Made by a program: the position numbers and the translations under genes
Shown: positions 32,421-40,833 of the stretch, piece by piece
Position numbering within the stretch: position 1 is the first letter of the stretch
Layout: each line of letters starts with the position of its first letter
The notes under the pieces: model-generated
Told to the model about the DNA's origin: nothing
Seen by the model: only the letters and a program-made list of their open reading frames with translations
The model's database searches: none
Assembly: GCA_013333195.2 (NCBI GenBank)
Contig: JABCPG020000005.1
Coordinates: 1,522 to 65,521, forward strand
Direction of reading: 5' to 3'
Source of the DNA: Bacteroidia bacterium
GTDB lineage: Bacteria; Bacteroidota; Bacteroidia; Bacteroidales; CAJPTX01
DNA length: 64,000 nucleotides

Positions 32421-32468
32421 TTCGCATCAAAGTTGGTTTTCTGCAGAGAAAACCAACCTTGATGCGAA
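32421..32468. repeat. Palindromic repeat element, copy A
   Basis: TTCGCATCAAAGTTGGTTTTC-tgcaga-GAAAACCAACCTTGATGCGAA forms 21-nt arms with 1 mismatch. An extra half-arm copy, CTTCGCATCAAAGT, lies at 32398-32411. The same arms recur at 58567-58616. Confidence 0.85.
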
Positions 32469-32660
32469 GGAGGTGCAAATTTGGCGCGGAATAAGAGGAA
32501 CCGCAGGCCGCGCCAAGCGCGATTAAGCTAGCATTACAATACGCAAAGAAATTTTAAGGGCTGCCAACCAACCACAAGGTACAGCAGCACCCAGAAGGGC
32601 AAACATGCCGTCAGATTTCAGCAGCACCCGGCCCCATACGAAAAGAAATTACCGCAAGGT

Positions 32661-35399
32661 CTAAATTTCGCCCCACCTTTTCGCCGCCGCCACGTCCACC
32701 ACCAGCGGGACCCGCAGCTGCACGGCGGCGCGCATCCCCTCCTGCAAAATGCTTTTTACCGCCTCCACCTCCCCGGCCGGGGCATCAACAATCAACTCAT
32801 CGTGCACCTGCACTATCAGCTTAGCCCCGAGCCCCGCGTTGGTAAGCATCTTCAGCACCGCCACCATAGCAATTTTCATAATGTCCGCCGCCGCCCCCTG
32901 AATGGGCGCATTGATGGCATTCCGCTCGGCCGCGCCACGGAGATTTGCATTGCGGGAATGGATGTCCGGCAGCCAGCGCCTACGTCCAAAAAGGGTTTCA
33001 GCATAACCCGTTTTTTTCGCTTTCTCTATGCTCCCCCGCATATAGTCGGCCACGGCAGGATACATGGCAAAGTAATCCTCGATAAGCCTTTGCGCCTCGC
33101 CCATCGCCATACCGAGCTGCTGCGAGAGGCCAAAGGCCGAAATGCCATAGATCATACCAAAGTTCGCCCGCTTGGCGTAATCGCGCTGCAGCGAGGTGAC
33201 ATCCTGCATGTCCACCTTAAAGATGCGCGCGGCGGTAGCCGCATGGATGTCATGCCCAAGCTGAAAATCGTGCACCATATTCGGATCACCGCTCAGGTGG
33301 GCCATGATGCGCAGCTCGATTTGCGAATAGTCGGCCGAGACGAGCGCCCCATCCGGGAAGCGGGAGACAAACGCGTCGCGTATGCTTTTCCCCTCCGCGG
33401 AGCGCACCGGGATATTCTGAATGTTTGGATTGCTAGAGGAAAGCCGCCCGGTAGAGGTTACCGTTTGATTGTAGTGCGGATGGATGCGCCCCGTAACGCT
33501 ATTCACAAGTGCCGGAAGGGCATCCACGTAGGTAGATACCAGCTTCTTTTTTTCACGATAGGCCAATATCGCCTCAATGGCCGGATGGCGGTGCGCGTAT
33601 TTACGGAGCTCCATCTCACTCGTATCGTACTGCCCGGTCTTGGTTCTTTTCGGCTTTTCAGCCACCTTAAGGCCATCGAATAGCAATTCTCCCACCTGCC
33701 TCGGGGAGTCTATATTAAAATCGCCAGTCCCTGCCAGCTGCGCCACCCTCCCTTTTAGCGCATCGATCTCCGCGTTAAATTGCTGCCGCAACGCATCGAA
33801 ATGGGCGAGATCCACGGAAAGTCCGTTCCACTCCATATCGGCAAGCACCGACACCAAGGGGCCCTCCGTTCGCTCGTATAGCCCCGAAAGCCTTTGCGCA
33901 TCAAAAATCTTTTTCAGCGCGTGGTACAATTGCAGCGCGATATCAGCATCCTCGGCAGCATAATCTACTAGGCGTTCGAGGGGCACCGCGTACAGGTCGA
34001 TTTGCTCAGGCTTCACATTGGGGTTCAACGATTCGTAGGGGACAGGAGAGTAGTTCAGCAACTCCATGGCGACATCGTTAAGGCCGTGGCGAGCATCCGG
34101 ATTAACCAGATAGTGCATAACCATCGTATCGTATATACGCCCCTTCACAATGATACCCGCATCGCGCAGCATGAGCAGATCGAACTTGAGGTTATGCCCC
34201 ACAATCGCGACATTCCCATTGGCAAGAATTCTTTGCAGCCGCGCCCGCCACGCATCGGGGATCTCACCCTGCCGCGCCAGCGGGATGTAGTACGCCCTGG
34301 CAGGCACGGTGGAAAACGATACGCCCACAACTCGGTTCTCATGCAGCGTAAAGCCCGTGGTTTCGGTGTCGAGCGCAATGGTATCGGCTCCCTCCAGCTC
34401 ATCGCAGAGGGCAGAGAAGGTCGCGTCGTCAACAACCGCCAGGTACTCGTGCGGCGTAGAAGCGATCGTGGCAAACGCGCCCATCTCCCGGGGAGCGCTC
34501 CTCTCAGGATGCCCCCCGAAGAAAGTGGCTTCGATATCGCGTCCCAGCGCGTTGAAATGCAGCTCAGCCATTATAGCTTGCACCGTGGCGACATCCACCG
34601 CCCCGGGCTCATAATCACCCAAATCCGTAGATATTGGGGCGTTCGTGCTGATAGTCACAAGCTCCCGGGCCAGCGCGAGCTGCTTAGCATTCGCATCGAT
34701 AGCCTGGCTTAGTTTCGGCGTGAGGCGGGCAATGTTGCCGAGCACCCGCTCAATAGAACCGTACTTGGCGATCAGCTTCGCGGCGGTTTTCTCCCCCACG
34801 CCGGGCACGCCCGGCACGTTGTCAGACGCATCGCCCCATAGGGCGAGAATATCACGGAATTGGGACGGCTCCGCGATGCCATACTTCTCACGCACCGTCT
34901 GCGCCGTCACGCGATCCACCCCTGCACCCGAGCGGGAAGGCTTTAGCATTTCGACATGATCGGTCAAGAGCTGCTGGTAGTCCTTATCCGGAGTGAACAA
35001 AAAAACTTTTGTGTCGCAAGATCCCAGAGCCGCCGCGATGGTCCCTAGGAGGTCGTCGGCCTCGTAGGAAGGTACCTCCACCACCGGTATTCCGAGCGCG
35101 GGAAGCAGCCTACGCAGCACCGAGGCCCCGTAGATTATAGGCTCCGGCGTTTCTTCCCGGTTGGCCTTATACTCCGGGTAGAGCGCATGGCGAAAGGTGG
35201 GTTGCGCGAGGTCAAACGCCACTGCCAGATGGGTAGGCTGCTCCGCGTGCACGCAATCCAAAAGCGTGCGCATAAAGCCGTAAACCGCCGAGGTGTTATG
35301 CCCCTCGGGCGTAATGAGGGGCCGGTTGACGAAAGCGTAGAACGACCGGTAGAGCAGCGCGAAGGCATCAATGGCAAGTAATCGATTAGCGTATGGCAT
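32661..35399 (-). CDS. polA: DNA polymerase I
   Basis: 912 aa with a 5'-nuclease N-terminus, a 3'-5' exonuclease region and pol motifs DYSQIELRIMAHLSGD and QVHDELI. Confidence 0.97.
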   Translation of the reverse strand: MPYANRLLAIDAFALLYRSFYAFVNRPLITPEGHNTSAVYGFMRTLLDCVHAEQPTHLAVAFDLAQPTFRHALYPEYKANREETPEPIIYGASVLRRLLPALGIPVVEVPSYEADDLLGTIAAALGSCDTKVFLFTPDKDYQQLLTDHVEMLKPSRSGAGVDRVTAQTVREKYGIAEPSQFRDILALWGDASDNVPGVPGVGEKTAAKLIAKYGSIERVLGNIARLTPKLSQAIDANAKQLALARELVTISTNAPISTDLGDYEPGAVDVATVQAIMAELHFNALGRDIEATFFGGHPERSAPREMGAFATIASTPHEYLAVVDDATFSALCDELEGADTIALDTETTGFTLHENRVVGVSFSTVPARAYYIPLARQGEIPDAWRARLQRILANGNVAIVGHNLKFDLLMLRDAGIIVKGRIYDTMVMHYLVNPDARHGLNDVAMELLNYSPVPYESLNPNVKPEQIDLYAVPLERLVDYAAEDADIALQLYHALKKIFDAQRLSGLYERTEGPLVSVLADMEWNGLSVDLAHFDALRQQFNAEIDALKGRVAQLAGTGDFNIDSPRQVGELLFDGLKVAEKPKRTKTGQYDTSEMELRKYAHRHPAIEAILAYREKKKLVSTYVDALPALVNSVTGRIHPHYNQTVTSTGRLSSSNPNIQNIPVRSAEGKSIRDAFVSRFPDGALVSADYSQIELRIMAHLSGDPNMVHDFQLGHDIHAATAARIFKVDMQDVTSLQRDYAKRANFGMIYGISAFGLSQQLGMAMGEAQRLIEDYFAMYPAVADYMRGSIEKAKKTGYAETLFGRRRWLPDIHSRNANLRGAAERNAINAPIQGAAADIMKIAMVAVLKMLTNAGLGAKLIVQVHDELIVDAPAGEVEAVKSILQEGMRAAVQLRVPLVVDVAAAKRWGEI

Positions 35400-35447
35400 T
35401 GAAAATATTTATTTCGTGAAAAGCCGTTGCGAAGTTACAGAAAATCG

Positions 35448-35455
35448 TATATTTG
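35448..35455 (+). promoter_or_regulatory. Bacteroidota -7 promoter box (TAnnTTTG)
   Basis: TATATTTG lies 26 nt upstream of the ATG at 35481. Confidence 0.5.
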
Positions 35456-35480
35456 CCGACCCAAGAATAGAGTTATAGCC

Positions 35481-36959
35481 ATGGTTCTGAGCAGCTATAC
35501 AGTGCTTTTCGCGACAGCAACCTTTGGGATCTGCACGGTGTCGCTGCTGTTCCTGTTCGTCAAAAGCGTCTACCAGCTGGCGCAGGCGAACATGGCCATA
35601 ACGTACGAGGGCATCCTCGCGCAGCGCACCGAGGAGCTAGTTCGCGAGCGTATCAAGGTTGACAATTTACTGCAACGCGTTCTCCCCGAGCAGACGATTA
35701 ACGAGTTGCAGCAGCGTGGGAAAGTGGCCACGGAGCGGCACGGCATGGTCTCAGTGCTCTTTGCCGACATTGAGGGCTTCACCATGATAGCCGACAGCAT
35801 CAACCCCGAACGGCTCATCGATTCGCTCGACCGTTTTTTCTTCAACCTCGACGACATAACCAAACGCCACGACCTAGAAAAGATAAAAACTATCGGCGAT
35901 GCCTACATGTGCGCGGGGGGCGTGCCCAAGCATAACCACACGAACCCCATCGACGCGGTGCTCGCCGCGCTTGAAATGCAGGAGCACATGAAACGGCTCA
36001 ACCTCGCGACGAACTCTAGCGACAACTCCTGGGGGCTTCGCATCGGGGTGAACACCGGGCAGGTCATCAGCGGCGTGGTAGGGCGCGACAAGCTTTCCTA
36101 CGACATCTGGGGCTCCGGGGTAAACCTTGCGAGCCGCATGGAGTCCTCAGGGGAAGCGGGGCGCGTCAACATATCCTACTACACGCACATGCTCGTTAAA
36201 GACTTTTTCGACTGCACGTGCCGCGGCGAGATGCCCGTAAAAAACAAGGGGCGCGTCAAGATGTACTTCGTTGACGGCATCAAGCCGGAACTCAGTCAGG
36301 ACGGTAAAGGCCTCACCCCCAACCGACTATTCACGCTAAAGCTACAGCAGCTACGACTCCTCGATGTGGAGGACTACGCTTTGAATCTCCTCGAGAACAA
36401 CCTGCCCAGCGACCTATACTACCACAACGTAAAGCACACCCTCGACGTTTACACCCAGGCAGAGCTAATAGGACGAAACGAAGGGGTGAGCGAAGAGGAT
36501 CTTCTAATTCTTCGCACCGCCGCGCTCTTCCACGACATTGGGCACATCGCCGACTACCAAACGCATGAAGAGATAGGGGTGAGAATATGCAGCGATGCGC
36601 TGCTGCGCTTCCACTACACCCCGGACCAGATTAAAGCGGTTTGCAACCTCATCATGGCCACCAAAATGCCGGTGCACCCCGAAACGTTGCTAGAAAAAAT
36701 CATTTGCGATGCCGATTGCGATTACCTCGGCCGCGATGACTATATCCCTGTGGCGAACAAGCTCTACGACGAGCTGAAGGTGCGCGGCCTCGCGGGAAAT
36801 CTATCCGACTGGGTAAGACTTCAAATCGATTTCCTACGCGCGCATAGATACTACACCCAAACGGCAGTAGAGCAGCGCGAGGAAAATAAACAGCAGCAGC
36901 TAAGCAAGCTCCTCGAATGGTACCACAAGGCGCAGGAAGAGGAGAAGGCGAACAGATGA
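35481..36959 (+). CDS. Membrane-anchored class III adenylate/guanylate cyclase fused to an HD-domain phosphohydrolase
   Basis: The start was trimmed to the ATG at 35481. After an N-terminal TM comes the cyclase core (VSVLFADIEGFT...KIKTIGDAYMCAGG...GVNTGQVISGVVG...DIWGSGVNLASRMES). The C-terminal HD domain shows HNVKHTLDV and AALFHDIGH. Confidence 0.85.
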   Translation: MVLSSYTVLFATATFGICTVSLLFLFVKSVYQLAQANMAITYEGILAQRTEELVRERIKVDNLLQRVLPEQTINELQQRGKVATERHGMVSVLFADIEGFTMIADSINPERLIDSLDRFFFNLDDITKRHDLEKIKTIGDAYMCAGGVPKHNHTNPIDAVLAALEMQEHMKRLNLATNSSDNSWGLRIGVNTGQVISGVVGRDKLSYDIWGSGVNLASRMESSGEAGRVNISYYTHMLVKDFFDCTCRGEMPVKNKGRVKMYFVDGIKPELSQDGKGLTPNRLFTLKLQQLRLLDVEDYALNLLENNLPSDLYYHNVKHTLDVYTQAELIGRNEGVSEEDLLILRTAALFHDIGHIADYQTHEEIGVRICSDALLRFHYTPDQIKAVCNLIMATKMPVHPETLLEKIICDADCDYLGRDDYIPVANKLYDELKVRGLAGNLSDWVRLQIDFLRAHRYYTQTAVEQREENKQQQLSKLLEWYHKAQEEEKANR

Positions 36960-37028
36960 GCGGGCAGTTGCGAATCTGAAATCAAACCTATAAACGGAAC
37001 TTGGCCGTAGTAAACAAAAAAAGATTTG

Positions 37029-37036
37029 TACCTTTG
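37029..37036 (+). promoter_or_regulatory. Bacteroidota -7 promoter box (TAnnTTTG)
   Basis: TACCTTTG lies 34 nt upstream of the ATG at 37070. Confidence 0.5.
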
Positions 37037-37069
37037 CAACAGGTGGGGAGTGGCGAACTGTAATTCTAG

Positions 37070-37993
37070 ATGGCGATGTCGGAAGATTTAAAGAAGGTAA
37101 TCCTAGTACCTTGGGACTTCAGCGAAAATAGCGAAAAGGCGCTAGCGCACGCGTATCAACTCGCGCAGATGGTGGGCGACAACGTAATGCTCGTGCACCT
37201 CATCAAACGCCCGCGCTTTTTAATTGGCAATGGCGCGAAGAGTAAGTTACACGCCCTTGAGCAGGAGGCGCATGAGAAGCTAAGGGGGGAGGCGGAGCGC
37301 CTGTCGAAGCAGCTGGCCGCGAAGCGGGAAGAGCTGCGCATCTCGTTGGAAGAGGAGGCATACCAGAGCCGCCAGGTGTACGAAGTTACGATTCTACCCT
37401 ACGTCCTCACCTATCGGAACCTATCGAAGGACCTCGCGAAGTTCTACTCGCAGATGGGCGTAAACCTCGTGGTGGCCACAGCAACGTACCAACTCGGAAA
37501 CAAGAAGAGCATTAATCTGGTCGAGGCGCTGCGCAAGGTGGAGTCCGAAAGGCTCACCACGGTGCCATTCATCCTTGTGAAAGAGTTCCCCACGCATCGG
37601 TACTACACCGACGTGGTGCTACCCCTCGATTCTAGCAAGAACTTTAAGGAGTCCATACGCTGGGTAGCGTTCCTCTCCAGCTACTACCACTGCAACGTTA
37701 ATATCATCAAGGCCCCCGCGCTCAACGCGAGCATGAAGCAGGGCATCACGAGCAATACCTACTTCACGAAAAAGGTGCTCGATGCCTCCAATGTGGTCTA
37801 CGGAATTAAAAATGCGGACCGGAATAGCGAATTCCTTTCGGAGATTGAAAAGTTTGTCAAGGAAATCGACGCGGACATGGTGCTGGTAATGGCCGACCGT
37901 GTCAACCGCATTTTCCCGCGTGGAGAGATAACGTTCGATGTGCCCGTCATGCTGATCAATCCGTTAGCCAAGCGGAAGCAGTACTTCTACTAG
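37070..37993 (+). CDS. Universal stress protein family protein (tandem USP-like domains)
   Basis: 307 aa. The segment KKVILVPWDFSENSEKALAHAYQLAQMVGDNVMLVHL is a typical USP N-terminus, and the second half has a similar alpha/beta pattern. Confidence 0.7.
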   Translation: MAMSEDLKKVILVPWDFSENSEKALAHAYQLAQMVGDNVMLVHLIKRPRFLIGNGAKSKLHALEQEAHEKLRGEAERLSKQLAAKREELRISLEEEAYQSRQVYEVTILPYVLTYRNLSKDLAKFYSQMGVNLVVATATYQLGNKKSINLVEALRKVESERLTTVPFILVKEFPTHRYYTDVVLPLDSSKNFKESIRWVAFLSSYYHCNVNIIKAPALNASMKQGITSNTYFTKKVLDASNVVYGIKNADRNSEFLSEIEKFVKEIDADMVLVMADRVNRIFPRGEITFDVPVMLINPLAKRKQYFY

Positions 37994-38035
37994 CGCGACG
38001 CATCCTGACATCCCCACACGAATGCAGCCAAGCGT

Positions 38036-38425
38036 ATGAACGGAGGGCCGGGTCGCTACACGCCAATGCGAGTGATGGCAAAGTGGGGGCGCGTCGCCCT
38101 GCTGGTGGCCATAGCTGCCGCGTTGGCCTTCACGCTCCTCACGTCGTTCATACCCTCATTGCAGGCCTACCGGTACGCCTCCGCGCGCGTGCTCACGGCT
38201 ACCGTAGGGGTTTGCGGCGTTGCGCTGGGGGGCGAAGAGTGGGGGCGATGGTATGGCAAGGTAGCCGCCCTCGCGGGCAGCCTTATCCTGCTCGCCTTTT
38301 TCGTTCCGCAGCTACCGGGAGGATTGTACATTATGACCGGCTGCACAGCGACCATCCTCATCTTCTTGATTGCCGGCTACGGCAGGAAGGAGCGGGCGGG
38401 AGAGAGCAAACGGAGAGTAGAGTAG
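38036..38425 (+). CDS. Hypothetical small membrane protein
   Basis: 129 aa with about 4 hydrophobic helices. It was preferred over the overlapping alternative-frame ORF 38083..38448, which is Arg/Gly-rich and not protein-like. Confidence 0.4.
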   Translation: MNGGPGRYTPMRVMAKWGRVALLVAIAAALAFTLLTSFIPSLQAYRYASARVLTATVGVCGVALGGEEWGRWYGKVAALAGSLILLAFFVPQLPGGLYIMTGCTATILIFLIAGYGRKERAGESKRRVE

Positions 38426-38500
38426 GGGAGAAGAAAGCTAGATTTTAGGATAACGCAAAAACAATAATCGAGTTCCTTTTGCACTTCTCCAATAAAGAAT

Positions 38501-38508
38501 TACCTTTG
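38501..38508 (+). promoter_or_regulatory. Bacteroidota -7 promoter box (TAnnTTTG) in front of a decayed reading frame
   Basis: TACCTTTG. No intact ORF with a usable start codon follows it. Confidence 0.35.
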
Positions 38509-38509
38509 C

Positions 38510-39190
38510 GGCCGTATTCTACTGAGAAAAGCAACCGAGATCCCGATTATAACATTGAAATTCCGGCATCCGAGGTGAAATCCAAACCTCTCTCCAATGG
38601 AGACGTAGAATATACCTTCACGTTTAACATCGCAGAAAATCTCGGTACTTCCAGCGACTTCGTCCTAGTCGCGCGGGTGGAAGATGATAGTAACCAACGT
38701 GTGAAGGGTAGTATCGAATCCTTTTAAACTTCGCCCATTACGATGGTTATGACTACGGAAGGGACGAAAGGCTGCATATCAATCTTGAACCCAAAGATGG
38801 GAACGCCCGGTGGAATCTAAACTTCATAGAATTGCTTGTAGTATGAATTTACGAAAGCTAACCCTAGGTTCTACACAAGGGTAACAATTCTGGAAGTAAA
38901 ACGAAGACAAAATGGAGCGCGCATGGGGCGGTGAAGGTGCACGCCAGCGATTGGGTAGAACCCAATGCAGATGTAACTGCACACAGGGAATAGGAACCCG
39001 ATATCCAGCGATAAAACAGATGCAAAGGGTTCGGTCCGCTTGAATTTTAACGCAAAGGAAGTGTACGACTTTCCTTCTGAACCGCAGAGGTTACATATGC
39101 CGATGGTCAAACCCGCCCATTTTCTAAAAGAAAAATCTATCTCGGAGAAAACGAAGCAGCCACGAAGTGAACCTTTTCATTGAATAGGGT
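38510..39190 (+). pseudogene. Possible decayed gene: protein-like fragments interrupted by a frameshift and in-frame stops
   Basis: One frame reads ...NIEIPASEVKSKPLSNGDVEYTFTFNIAENLGTSSDFVLVARVEDDSNQRVKGSIESF*. Another reads FAHYDGYDYGRDERLHINLEPKDGNARWNLNFIELLVV*, then KWSAHGAVKVHASDWVEPNADVTAHRE*. A further frame reads NAKEVYDFPSEPQRLHMPMVKPAHF.... The segment is AT-richer than its flanks. No family recognised. Confidence 0.2.
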
Positions 39191-39267
39191 AAACGGAAGG
39201 GGCGTGAGGATTAACCATCACGCCACTTCCGCAACGCCCATCGCCACCTCGGAAGGCAGCAACAACC

Positions 39268-40668
39268 CTATAGACTCCCTATCATTTTTGAAGGTACTAC
39301 CCACTCGTCGAATTCCGCCTCGGTGAGATACCCCAACGCTAGAGCCGCCTCCTTAAGCGTGGTGTTCTCCTTATGGGCCTTTTTCGCTATGGCCGCAGCC
39401 TTCTCATACCCTATATGCGTATTCAACGCCGTCACAAGCATAAGAGAATTCTTAAGGTGCTGGGCCACCGACCGCTCGTTGGGCTTTAGCCCATCGATGC
39501 AATGAATGGTAAGCGACACCGCGGCATCTCCGAGCAGACGGGCCGACTGTAAGAAGTTGGCAATCGTCATCGGCCGGAACACATTCAGCTCGAACTGCCC
39601 CAACATCCCCCCGCACGTGATAGCCGCATCGTTCCCTATCACCTGCGCGCAAACCATGGTCATCGCCTCAATCTGCGTGGGATTCACCTTGCCGGGCATA
39701 ATGCTCGAGCCGGGTTCATTTTCTGGAATTAGAATTTCACCGATACCACTCCGCGGGCCGGATGCCAGCAGGCGGAGATCGCTACAAATCTTCATTAGCG
39801 AAACGGCCAGCTGCTTAAGCGCGCCGTGCGCCTCCACAATGGCATCATTGCTGGCCAGCGACTCAAATTTATTTTGCGCGGAAACAAAAGGGAAACCCGT
39901 AAGCTGCGCAATAACCTCTGCAACACGCTGCGCGTACCCCTTCGGGGTATTGATCCCGGTGCCCACGGCCGTACCGCCCAGCGCAAGCTCGCTAAGATGG
40001 GGAAGGGCGTTTTGCAAGGCTCGCATACCATGGTCGATCTGCGAAACGTAGCCCGAGAATTCTTGCCCCATGGTGAGCGGGGTGGCATCCATCATATGGG
40101 TACGCCCAATCTTCACCACATTCCTCATCTCCTCGCTGCGCGCGGCCAGCGAATCGCGGAGCCTCTGCAGCCCCGGCAATGTGACCTCCATAAGCTTCTT
40201 ATAGGCCGCAATGTGCATCGCGGTGGGGAAGGTATCGTTGCTCGACTGCGATTTGTTAACATCATCGTTAGGATGAATAATCGTTTTCCCCTCACCGAGA
40301 CGATAGCCCTTAAGCTGTAGCGCCCGATTGGCAATCACCTCATTCACATTCATGTTGCTCTGCGTGCCAGACCCCGTCTGCCAAATTACCAGAGGGAACT
40401 GTGCCCACAGCTTACCCGCAACAATCTCATCGCAAACGCTACTAATAAGATCACGCTTCTCTTCTGAAAGCACCCCAAGCTCGCAGTTGGTAATGGCCGC
40501 CGCCTTCTTAAGGTAGGCAAACGCCTCGATGACCTCACGCGGCATACTCGCCGGCTCCCCAATCTTAAAGTTCATGAACGAACGCTGCGTCTGCGCGGCC
40601 CACAACCTATCCGCGGGCACCTGCACATCGCCCATCGTGTCATGCTCAGTTCTATAGTCCATATACAT
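39268..40668 (-). CDS. fumC: Fumarate hydratase, class II
   Basis: 466 aa with the signature [13 protein letters not shown] and aspartase/fumarase family blocks throughout. Confidence 0.95.
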   Translation of the reverse strand: MYMDYRTEHDTMGDVQVPADRLWAAQTQRSFMNFKIGEPASMPREVIEAFAYLKKAAAITNCELGVLSEEKRDLISSVCDEIVAGKLWAQFPLVIWQTGSGTQSNMNVNEVIANRALQLKGYRLGEGKTIIHPNDDVNKSQSSNDTFPTAMHIAAYKKLMEVTLPGLQRLRDSLAARSEEMRNVVKIGRTHMMDATPLTMGQEFSGYVSQIDHGMRALQNALPHLSELALGGTAVGTGINTPKGYAQRVAEVIAQLTGFPFVSAQNKFESLASNDAIVEAHGALKQLAVSLMKICSDLRLLASGPRSGIGEILIPENEPGSSIMPGKVNPTQIEAMTMVCAQVIGNDAAITCGGMLGQFELNVFRPMTIANFLQSARLLGDAAVSLTIHCIDGLKPNERSVAQHLKNSLMLVTALNTHIGYEKAAAIAKKAHKENTTLKEAALALGYLTEAEFDEWVVPSKMIGSL

Positions 40669-40800
40669 ACAGTATTAGATTCCGTCTCTACTACACGGCA
40701 CAACGCGCCCGCAGCGCAAGGCTGCCCTCCGCCCCATGCTCTCGGCAAAGATAGCTATTTATTCATTGTTTTTGCTCCCCCTTGGGAGCAAAATTTTAGC

Positions 40801-40808
40801 TACCTTTG
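40801..40808 (+). promoter_or_regulatory. Bacteroidota -7 promoter box (TAnnTTTG)
   Basis: TACCTTTG lies 26 nt upstream of the ATG at 40834. Confidence 0.5.
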
Positions 40809-40833
40809 CGTACGTAGAAAGGGAGAAACGCTG

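Noticed and set aside
32263-32526. 87-aa ORF spanning palindromic repeat copy A, and the 58606..58752 N-terminal extension of the 58753 gene spanning copy B.
   Set aside because: Both reading frames run through the hairpin arms. For the second, a TAATTTTG promoter box lies downstream of the supposed start. These are artefacts of the repeat.
32802-34712. Large antisense or shadow ORFs inside well-supported genes: 32802..33683 and 34002..34712 in polA, 39506..40051 in fumC, 50475..51098 in fhs, 56990..57883 and 57142..57741 in trkA, 6941..7540 in MCP2, and 7927..8400 spanning the MCP2 3' end into eno.
   Set aside because: Each is fully nested in a gene with strong family motifs on the other strand or frame and has Arg/Ser/Pro-rich shadow composition.
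38083-39110. The alternative-frame ORF 38083..38448 and the minus-strand ORF 38871..39110.
   Set aside because: The first is an Arg/Gly-rich shadow of the membrane-protein frame. The second lies antisense to the decayed + strand frames and has no recognisable features.
40642-40833. N-terminal extensions offered by the ORF track for several genes: 40642 (acetate-CoA ligase), 43224 (tsaC), 43970 (SDR), 44890 (GT1), 35427 (cyclase), 30314 (membrane protein), 1905 (ruvX), 13902 (MCP3) and 48702 (hydF).
   Set aside because: In each case the extension overlaps the upstream gene or a promoter box or terminator, is not protein-like, and an internal ATG gives the canonical family N-terminus. The starts were trimmed accordingly, and some uncertainty remains.
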